A DNA stretch of 63,803 nt, counting the filler, from Octopus bimaculoides (taxonomy: Eukaryota), in assembly GCF_001194135.2 (NCBI RefSeq). It is 7 parts of 7 records of this genome, joined end to end, with 100 filler letters (N's around TTAATTAATTAA, not from the genome) between each part and the next. Parts side by side here need not be neighbours in the genome. Positions count along the whole stretch, not along the records: positions 48,968 to 58,210 come from NC_068981.1; positions 58,311 to 60,824 come from NC_068999.1; positions 60,925 to 63,803 come from NC_068984.1; 4 more parts are not named here. One strand, written 5' to 3'. The notes beneath the pieces are model-generated. The model was not told where the DNA came from, did not search any database, and worked only from the letters and a program-made list of their open reading frames with translations. The position numbers and the translations under genes are program-made. This document shows positions 54,780 to 63,803 of this stretch, one piece after another. The stretch's first letter is position 1. Every line of letters begins with the position of its first letter.

Positions 54780-55626
54780 CAGAAAAAAGAAAGGCGGCAG
54801 TGAAGAAGTAGAGCAAAGTGTAAATGTGAATGCATTCTNNNNNNNNNNCAGTGAAGAAGTAGAGCAAAGTGTAAATGTGAATGCATTCTTAGTAAGTGTA
54901 GCAGAAATAATAGGAAGAGCTACGTATATCAGAAGAATACGATCATGACCGAGAAGACATAGTGACTATGTTTTGCCGTTATGTTAGAGAAGACCAGAAT
55001 GAAGCACCCCCAACGCAAGCCCAATATTGAAGCCGAAAACTTAGATTCGATTGTTGGTCTATTCCGGACGAGAAATACAACTGAAACTAACAAGATTGTT
55101 TATGCTGCATCTATGGCTTTTGCAGTAGAATTTGATATAAAAGAAAAGAACAAACATACGTAAAGAACCATACTAGCAGAGACGAATTTGTGACAAACAA
55201 AGTTTTAAAAGAACATTTAGGAGAAGTTGGTAGATTGAGAAGAAGGAAATTTCAGAACGAAAGCATAAGAATAATGTTGGAAAGATCATATAGTTTAAGA
55301 GATAAATGTTATGATATGATATTGGAAGAATTGAAACAAAGACTAGTGGCAACGAAAGCAAATCTGGAAAGATATGACAATAGAAAAAGAGAGTTCAGCC
55401 AAAACAGATTGTTTAAAGCAGATCAGAAGAAACTGTTTCAGGAACAAGGTGGGCAAATTCACGTAACAATAATACTAAATGCAGGAGAAAGGCGTTCTAG
55501 AGAGGGATCTGGGAGCAACCTGTAGAGCATAATGATGAAGTAGAGTGGCTGCTTGAAATCCAAGTTTTGTTAAGAAATATAGAGGTCCAAGAAAACAAAG
55601 ATGAATACAGAAATGATTAAAAAATC
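54780..55626 (+). mobile_element. R4/Dong N-terminal (pre-RT) ORF fragment, inverted relative to 54213-54727
   Basis: TRNTTETNKIVYAA, KEPYWQRRI, EELKQRLVATKANLERYDNRKREFSQNRLFKADQKKLF, FWRGIWEQPVEHNDEVEWL are conserved pre-RT blocks of R4/Dong ORFs. Confidence 0.85.
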
Positions 55627-55627
55627 A

Positions 55628-55628
<1 letters not shown>

Positions 55629-55681
<53 letters not shown>

Positions 55682-56665
55682 TAGTTTTATTTTTATAACG
55701 TGNNNNNNNNNNNNNNNNNNNNNNNNNNNNNNNNNNNNNNNNNNNNNNNNNNNNNNNNNNNNNNNNNNNNNNNNNNNNNNNNNNNNNNNNNNNNNNNNNN
55801 NNNNNNNNNNNNNNNNNNNNNNNNNNNNNNNNNNNNNNNNNNNNNNNNNNNNNNNNNNNNNNNNNNNNNNNNNNNNNNNNNNNNNNNNNNNNNNNNNNNN
55901 NNNNNNNNNNNNNNNNNNNNNNNNNNNNNNNNNNNNNNNNNNNNNNNNNNNNNNNNNNNNNNNNNNNNNNNNNNNNNNNNNNNNNNNNNNNNNNNNNNNN
56001 NNNNNNNNNNNNNNNNNNNNNNNNNNNNNNNNNNNNNNNNNNNNNNNNNNNNNNNNNNNNNNNNNNNNNNNNNNNNNNNNNNNNNNNNNNNNNNNNNNNN
56101 NNNNNNNNNNNNNNNNNNNNNNNNNNNNNNNNNNNNNNNNNNNNNNNNNNNNNNNNNNNNNNNNNNNNNNNNNNNNNNNNNNNNNNNNNNNNNNNNNNNN
56201 NNNNNNNNNNNNNNNNNNNNNNNNNNNNNNNNNNNNNNNNNNNNNNNNNNNNNNNNNNNNNNNNNNNNNNNNNNNNNNNNNNNNNNNNNNNNNNNNNNNN
56301 NNNNNNNNNNNNNNNNNNNNNNNNNNNNNNNNNNNNNNNNNNNNNNNTTCACTTCACTACCGAGCGCAGCTCTGTGCGCCTTGGGTATGTGCTGTGGTTT
56401 GCTGTGGTGCTCTTATGTTTACTGTATTGAAAGTGTTTTACGTAGGATGTGTACAGTGCCCAGTAGTGCAATTTTCTGTATGTTTTATATATCTGTAAGT
56501 CCTGGTGCTTTTGTTATGTATTTGTCTGAATATTTTTTTATTATACCTGAGGCACCTACTATGATAGGAATTGTTTCTGTTTTTAGATTCCCCATTCGAG
56601 TTACCTCTATTTCCAGGTTTTTGTATTTTGAAAGTGTTTCCATTTCTTTTAGGGAAACGTTGTCA

Positions 56666-56667
<2 letters not shown>
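55629..56667 (-). mobile_element. 5'-truncated R4/Dong 3' end embedded in (TAA)n arrays, with a gap in the 3'UTR
   Basis: Minus strand KEMETLSKYKNLEIEVTRMGNLKTETIPIIVGASG...NIQKIALLGTVHILRKTLSIQ*. The terminus CACGTTATAAAAATAAAACTACTGAATAATAAT is on the far side of the gap, and (ATT)n lies on both sides. Confidence 0.85.
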
Positions 56668-56747
<80 letters not shown>

Positions 56748-56751
<4 letters not shown>

Positions 56752-57160
56752 TTATTGGTTGAACGATATTTCAACAGTTAGTCTGTCTTTGACATATTCA
56801 AAATAAGAGGTGATAAAAATTCAAATGTATAGAAACTTAAATTTAAAGTATGGACCAGAGCAACTACAGTTCAAACGTTGATGGAATGACATCATCCGTC
56901 TTTAAGTTTTAATTTTATAACAGGCAACAAGAAAAAGATAGTAAAGACATGAAAAAAGTCATTTTTCTGTCTTTTACGTTTCGCCTGTTATAAACTTGAG
57001 ACTTAAAGATTGATGATGTCATTACATCAACGTGTGGGCGGTGGTTGCTCTCATTCATACTTTAAATTTAAATTTCTATAATTTTGAATTTTTATCACCT
57101 CTTATTTTGAACTTGACAAAAACAGACTTACTGTTGAAATATCGTTCAACCAGTAAAATA
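56748..57160. mobile_element. Foldback/palindromic MITE-like element (~413 bp)
   Basis: Left arm TATTTTATTGGTTGAACGATATTTCAACAG... pairs with right arm ...CTGTTGAAATATCGTTCAACCAGTAAAATA. Imperfect complementarity continues almost to the centre near 56950. Confidence 0.85.
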
Positions 57161-57235
57161 GCTATTACAATCGAATCGCGATCTTCGTCTTGACTGTTTA
57201 GCATTGCGAAGAGTTACGTCAATCCTTTTAGAAAT

Positions 57236-57253
57236 ATTATTATTATTATTATA

Positions 57254-57291
<38 letters not shown>

Positions 57292-57935
57292 TGATGAATG
57301 CTCTTAGCTAATTTTGCTGGGTTAAGATGAAAAGTGTCAGCTGACCACTGGCAGCAGATTAAGTTCATACGCTTTACTGGCCATGCTTCAAGAACCCAGC
57401 GAAAAATTCGTGCAGTTCGAAGTAATATTGATTTTTGTAGTTGTTCTATTTTCATATTTGTACCAATCTTTATGAGCCATGTTAGCTAATAATTCCAAGT
57501 GCGCCAAGTACTATAAGTATTACGTCTACTCTCCTCATTGACCACAATCTTCATATTTTCCACTTCAAATCATCGTAGTTGTTCAGATTTTCTTCTTTCT
57601 CTCTGATCATAATGTAACAGCGACATGTTAAGTCAATTATCGTGCATGTAGTTTTTCCCATGACAACAATGTCCGGTTTCCGATGTCTGGTCAGGTGATC
57701 GCACTGAATCATTGTACCCCATCGGATGTTGCAATCTTCATTATCGGTAACACCCCAGAGATTTCCACATAGCACGTCTTTGCTCTTTGGAGGTCGTGAT
57801 TACGAGAGAGCTCGTAATGGATAATTCTTTTCACGTTGTCACGTGTTTTGTAATCGCATTGTACCAATTCCGAGCATTCGCTAATGATGAGCCTTACCGT
57901 TTCAACCATACGGAAGTAATACTATCACCAATGCC
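57236..57935 (-). mobile_element. R4/Dong 3' fragment (zinc knuckle + RLE + 3'UTR + (AAT)n tail)
   Basis: ETVRLIISECSELVQCDYKTRDNV; HRKPDIVV..IIDL..EKEE..YDDLKW; IEQLQKSILLRTARIFRWVLE; then (AAT)n. Confidence 0.9.
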
Positions 57936-58331
57936 GTAAATGCATGGACATAGATATATATATATATACACAGGAACTGGGTCTCGAAGTACATATAAAA
58001 CTAAGAATAATAGCATTTAAATAATGGGTGGCAAAGTCCAAATGATATGTTCCAATTTTCGTATGCAAAACTGCTTATTTGCTACAATTTTTTCATTATT
58101 TACGTTCAACGGATATTTGTCCTCATCTTGCTTTATTGTTAACAATGTTTCGGATGTGGGGAGGAGGTGTTGAGGAGGTGGAGGATGAGATGGGGGAGGA
58201 CGTGGGGGAGNNNNNNNNNNNNNNNNNNNNNNNNNNNNNNNNNNNNNNNNNNNNTTAATTAATTAANNNNNNNNNNNNNNNNNNNNNNNNNNNNNNNNNN
58301 NNNNNNNNNNATATATATATATATATATATA

Positions 58332-58550
58332 GGCGCAAACGTGTTTGTGTGGTAAGAAGCTTGCTTCCCAACCACATGGTTCCGGGTTCAAGTCCACTGC
58401 ATGGCACTTTGGGCCAATGTCTTCTCCCATAGTCTCGGGCCAATTAAAGCCTTGTGAATGAACTTGGAAGACAGAAAATGAATGTGTGTGTGCGTGTGTG
58501 TGCGCCTGTGTTTGTTCCCACCCCACTAAAGCTTGGCAACCGAAGGTGGC
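58332..58550 (+). mobile_element. SINE family A, 5' half
   Basis: GGCGCAAACGTGTTTGTGTGGTAAGAAGCTTGCTTCCCAACCACATGGTTCCGGGTTCAAGTCCACTGCATGGCACTTTGGGCC... Confidence 0.8.
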
Positions 58551-58817
58551 TGAAATATTGAGAAATCTGCCGTAATTCTATTCAGATTACAAGTTCAGGT
58601 TATACCTGTAATTAATGGGTCCCTGAGATAAGTAACACACTACCTAAATACCAATCTTGAAAAATTAAGCTTCTCAAATCCAGAAAGGAGAAAACTGATT
58701 TGAAGACTACAGAGCCAATCCATCAGTGGAACTGTAAAAATCTGTAAAACTTACCAGAAGTTTATCATTTAAATATATATGATCATGTCTAGATATGCAA
58801 GTATTTGCTTGAGAAGA

Positions 58818-58945
58818 CATACATACATACATACATACATACATACATACATACACACACATACATACATACATACATACATACATACATACATACATAC
58901 ATACATACATACATACATACATACATACATACATACATACATACA
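58818..58945. repeat. (ACAT)n tetranucleotide microsatellite
   Basis: Directly visible. Confidence 0.98.
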
Positions 58946-59204
58946 TTCACATTTATACCAAAAATATTTGTGAGTAGATTCTTTAAGTGACAATCTGGAA
59001 AAAAAAAAGAAACCAACCAGCTAACATGGACATTTCAAACACAATTTGTATGGAGAAGAATAAAAATATGCAAGACATTTCTTCAGTTTGAAATGTGACA
59101 GTGTTTTTGTTATCTACGTTCCAACGAAAGAACTTTGTATATCTTTGTCAGAAACCTTATAGAAAGATGTCAAGTAATTAAGAAGATAAGAAAACACATA
59201 CATA

Positions 59205-59237
59205 CATACAGACAGATAGACAGACAGACAAACAGAC

Positions 59238-59295
<58 letters not shown>
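59205..59295. repeat. (GACA)n-(GATA)n tetranucleotide microsatellite
   Basis: Directly visible. Confidence 0.97.
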
Positions 59296-59296
<1 letters not shown>

Positions 59297-60009
59297 AGGA
59301 CTTTTTTCCTATTAACAATCTGCCAACGTTACAGAGTGATTCATCGGTCGAGGTTCTCGTGTAATGGCTCTTATCAAAGTGCCGAAACTCTCGGCCATTG
59401 AGTCACTCTGCAACTTCTGCTGATTATCAATAATACAAAAATGTCTCCTCGTGTTTTGAACTTTATTTTACTGTTTGTATCACCTAACCTATAATATGCA
59501 TACATTGCATATTATATCAAGTAACATGCATTGCAATTACAAGCCATTAGTGGAATCGTAAAAATATGCAAAACATTCCAGAAATTTAGAATATATAATG
59601 TACATATACACACGTATATACATGCCAAAAGATGTGTATGTACATATTAATCAAAATATATGGATGATTACACGCAATGTCATGTAGACAGGCACGCACG
59701 TCAATACACGGATTGATAGATATACATAGATGTATGTACGTACGCATGTATGTTTGTATGTCCTTGTATGTATGTATGTATGTATGTATGTATGTATACT
59801 TGATTACCAGATTTATGTTGTCCAAATTCCAGTGAGAAAAAAGAAACCTTGTTTCTTGGTTGAAAAGAGTTTCCGTTTTTTGTTGGGGTTTTTTTTCTAT
59901 GAGAAATTGTTAAAATATAACCATAGAAACACACATACATATACATATATACATACATAGTTTATACAGACATATGTACATAAATACATACATAAGTACA
60001 TACGTATAA

Positions 60010-60049
<40 letters not shown>

Positions 60050-60266
60050 NNNNNNNNNNNNNNNNNNNNNNNNNNNNNNNNNNNNNNNNNNNNNNNNNNN
60101 NNNNNNNNNNNNNNNNNNNNNNNNNNNNNNNNNNNNNNNNNNNNNNNNNNNNNNNNNNNNNNNNNNNNNNNNNNNNNNNNNNNNNNNNNNNNNNNNNNNN
60201 NNNNNNNNNNNNNNNNNNNNNNNNNNNNNNNNNNNNNNNNNNNNNNNNNNNNNNNNNNNNNNNNNN

Positions 60267-60300
<34 letters not shown>

Positions 60301-60610
60301 TACACAGAAATACATTCATGTATACATACATATATTTATGTACCTATATAAATATATATTTACTTACATATAATACATATACTTACATATATACACATAC
60401 ATACACACATACATGTATGTATGCATGCATGTATGTATGTATGTATGTGTATTTGTGTGTGTGTGTGTGTGTGTACGGACACACACATCCGTACAGTTAC
60501 ATAATGAAATGGTAGCATTATAAAACAAAATGTCGATAGCGATATCTTGAGAAATACGATTCATTTGCAGTAATCACGCGAAGCATTGTCGTCACTATGG
60601 TATTACTTCT

Positions 60611-60628
60611 CGGTTGCCATGGAAACCG
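60611..60628. promoter_or_regulatory. RFX X-box motif
   Basis: CG-GTTGCCATGGAAAC-CG: a high-consensus GTTGCC-AT-GG(C/A)AAC palindrome in unique, CpG-containing sequence. Confidence 0.5.
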
Positions 60629-61041
60629 ATCATTTTATTTGAGGTAAAATACTGAAATAATCACCCAAAATATCCATAGCATTCTTTCACTTCGTTAACG
60701 ATCGTCTTAATGCCGTTAGTAAACAATCTTGTAAGACTTCGGTCTATAGAATTTATTCCACCACCACCACCACCACCACCATTACCATCTCCACCACCAC
60801 CACCATTACCATCTCCACCGTTACNNNNNNNNNNNNNNNNNNNNNNNNNNNNNNNNNNNNNNNNNNNNTTAATTAATTAANNNNNNNNNNNNNNNNNNNN
60901 NNNNNNNNNNNNNNNNNNNNNNNNAAAGAAACATTGCAGTCTCTCTTAAATGAAAAAGTCCTGCCGCTTTGTTAGCGACCGACTTGAACTCTCTCACGAA
61001 GAACTTAAATAAAACTCAAAGAAAAATCACACACACACACA

Positions 61042-61073
<32 letters not shown>

Positions 61074-61180
61074 TACGTATGTATATATATGTACATATAT
61101 AGTTTATAGATTAGAGACAGGTTTTCTCTGTATAGAAAACACTTTGTAGTGCTCAAGAGATTTGAACTTGAGCAGATAGC

Positions 61181-61521
61181 GGAGTAAATGTAAGGACCAG
61201 CAAGTTAGGCAAGTCCATCTTTAATCTCCATTCTGTCAACACCTCAAATGTAAAATTCTTCCCTGATAATAGAGGCTAGCGGTATCAAATGATGGAATCA
61301 AATTACAAGCATTATTTTGGACCACCAAGCCCCCAGAAACAGCTGTTGGACTCGTAAAACTCCTACCCAGCCCCCTTAATTTCTGCCATCATTTCCATTC
61401 TGTGTAAGGTGCAAGTCGGACGTTTTTGTATATGTATACATATGTACATTTTTTGTATTAAATGTATTTAATATTTTTCTAATATCGACTTGCCTAACTT
61501 GCTGGTCCTTACATTTACTCC
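61181..61521. mobile_element. MITE-like element with perfect 35-bp terminal inverted repeats
   Basis: GGAGTAAATGTAAGGACCAGCAAGTTAGGCAAGTC (61181-61215) is the exact reverse complement of 61487-61521. TSD unclear. Confidence 0.75.
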
Positions 61522-61711
61522 TATGTATATATATTTATTCAAATGCATGTATATTTTTCCTTCTATTCTAATTATTACATATCTTCCTTCGAATTCTTTA
61601 TCACCGAAAGACTGTTTCATCATTCGACTATTGCGATGTCATTCAATATCGCCACTGTGGTAAATAAAGTATTATAGTAACTATTATATGCAGCCTAAGT
61701 TAGCAAAAATG

Positions 61712-62415
61712 TCGTACTGAGGATTTGTGACAAGTTTTCTCAATTTAAATTTGGATTTATGCAGAATACATGTTTTTCACTTTTCTCTCTTTCACTCTGT
61801 TAGGTAGCAATTTGGGTCTTGTGCCGAATGCACTAATTACCAAAGAAATAATTGTCAGCTTAGTTTTCCACAATCTCTTCATCTCTCAGACTAGGACTTA
61901 ATATTTCTTAGTTTTTCAACTTCTTTCGCATCCACCCTGTTATTATATGGTACTGTGAAGTCTGTGATCCTATATTGTTCCTTTTGTCCTCTTTATAATA
62001 ATATCTGGTCTCCTTGCTTCAATAATATGGTCATCTTTATGAGGACGTTCCATAAAATCCTGTAATTTATATTTTCTCTCACAACCTCTGGTTCATGTTC
62101 ATACCAATTTTCTGTTATTTCGAAGCCACACACTTGGTTAACATTTCAATGCACTCTTTTATTTACGCAATCACGCTTGCTCTTACATTCTTTTTGTGCT
62201 ACTTTCCTGCTTTCATTTGAGATTGTTGATGCTTTCGTCTCCTTTCCCAAAGATTCTGCGTTGGCACCCTAGCCTGAGTTTTGTCACTCTTTGCCTTTAT
62301 AAGATTTATCTCAATAGCTTGTTGCTGAACGGCCATAATTAGCGCTTCAATTTCTCGTTTTAAGTTACCGGCTGCCAGCCATGAGCATTGGAGTCGATAT
62401 AACCGACTTGCTTCT
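61712..62415 (-). mobile_element. R4/Dong 3' fragment (thumb, zinc knuckle, RLE)
   Basis: SWLAAGNLKREIEALIMAVQQQAIEINLIKAKSDKTQ; WYEHEPEVV; IEARRPDII; DFTVPYNNRVDAKEVEK; EMKRLWKTKLTIISLVISAFG. Frameshifted. Confidence 0.9.
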
Positions 62416-62472
62416 CTCTCACGAAGCGGCTGGCATTGTGCCAAAATTTGAAACCAATATTTTTTATTAGCC

Positions 62473-62675
62473 AAAGCGTCGAACTGGCAAAATCTTTAGT
62501 ACGCCGGGCATTTCGTTCATCTTTGGTGTTCTGAGTTCAAATTCCGCCCAGGTTGACTTTGCCTTTCATTCTTTCAGGGTCGATAGAGTAAGTACTAGTT
62601 GAGCATTGGAGTTGATGTAATCGATTTACTCTCTCCCCGAAATTACTGGCCTTGTGACAAAGTTTGGACATTTAT
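62473..62675 (+). mobile_element. SINE family B copy
   Basis: GCGTCGAACTGGCAAAATC...GAGTTCAAATTCCGCCC...GCCTTTCATTCTTTCAGGGTCGATAG...GGCCTTGTGACAAAGTTTGG. A tail fragment of another copy lies at ~62428-62465. Confidence 0.8.
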
Positions 62676-62699
62676 AATCATTTTAAAGAAGTCATTCAC

Positions 62700-63050
62700 G
62701 TCACTTAGTCTCTTTTCTCGCTCCAAGCTGCGGAAGTAATGCAGTTCGGTGCTCCGTTGATGTATTGGTGAGGTTATCAGAAGTGTTGGATTGTGTGAAT
62801 GGTGGACGATCTATTAAAATGTTGTCGTGATCCTCTTGGAAGGAGTCGTTGACAGAAAGATAGATAGTAGAAGGAGCTGTTATGATCTGTATCTCTCAGA
62901 TGACGTCGAAAACTGGAGGGAATGACGAGAATCTCCAGCGACCATTAGTGGTGTCTTAGTGTCATGTTAGATTCGAGTATTGATGATATTGGAGATAATA
63001 TATTGATGATGATCGCTTATGTTCCCCGCAAAAGGAGCATGAATATTGTA
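62700..63050 (-). mobile_element. Possible APE-endonuclease remnant of a LINE
   Basis: Minus strand NIHAP...LMVAGD in one frame resembles the APE motifs NIYAP and xxAGDFN; contains an in-frame stop and is degenerate downstream. Confidence 0.3.
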
Positions 63051-63770
63051 TCTTCATGATGTAAACGGAACCAAATTCTTAAGATAAAATTATGCTTGTA
63101 CATTAAATCAGAGGAAAGTGGTGGTGATGGTGGTAGTGGTGATGGTGGTGGTGGTGGTGGTTGTCAGAGTAAAATAAAAGCATGTGTCAGTTCACAATTT
63201 TGCAACAAAGATCACACATGCCTTTATATATTCTCTGTCTCTAAGGATGAACATATATCCAAAGCACCAGACCTTTTAATTCTTCATGGTGTATCAATTT
63301 ACTGAAGTATTGAACGAACTCAAATAAGTATCAAATGAAGTCAACTAGAATCCTTTGGCCTTTAAGGAATTCAGCGAATTAGTGCTGGACAAGAACAAAT
63401 ACAGTTCCATTCAAGTAATTAATTCCATCTTTACAACTTTATTTTCACATTATTTACACATTTTCAAAATACATTTCCATCGAAGCAGATTTTAGATTTT
63501 TCTTTTCTTCAAGCTTCGGAGTATATTTTCAAGCCTGATTCTTATAAAAGTTTTCAGAGTTACAAACACTACAAACTGATTTATCATATTATAGCTGAAC
63601 ATAGTGCATGAGCTGACAAATACTATTAACTATGTAATGATTTTATATGTATCCACTAATAATGACAATAAATATGAGTCTCATTCAAATCCTTTTGGGT
63701 ATGTAGAAAATACCGTCATATACTGTATGAGGTTAATAGCATTTTGGTATTTATAAAAGGGAAACAAGGC

Positions 63771-63801
<31 letters not shown>

Positions 63802-63803
63802 AT

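Noticed and set aside
58093-58153. Minus-strand CCGAAAC at the edge of a repeat-like segment
   Set aside because: Only the 3' half of a hammerhead core is present; it cannot be called from this window.

Overview
AT-rich, microsatellite-dense eukaryotic DNA with many N gaps. It is most likely an Octopus (cephalopod) draft scaffold; this is inferred from the tRNA-derived SINE families, with no database search run. I cannot support any host protein-coding gene: almost all listed ORFs are translations of microsatellites or N gaps. The interpretable content is transposon debris: four tRNA-head SINE families; at least eight R4/Dong-clade (RLE-type) LINE fragments, several tied to (TAA)n arrays; a Penelope-like RT remnant with nearby hammerhead-ribozyme-like motifs; a mariner remnant; three MITE/foldback elements; and a possible Polinton-like relic. 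Most noteworthy are (i) a repeated hammerhead-like motif family with a long stem II, one copy inverted against the Penelope RT remnant, (ii) an R4/Dong copy with the geometry of a twin-primed 5' inversion, (iii) a SINE dimer enclosed by one TSD, (iv) a ~410-bp near-complete palindrome, and (v) a strong RFX X-box at 60613 that may mark a ciliary-gene promoter.
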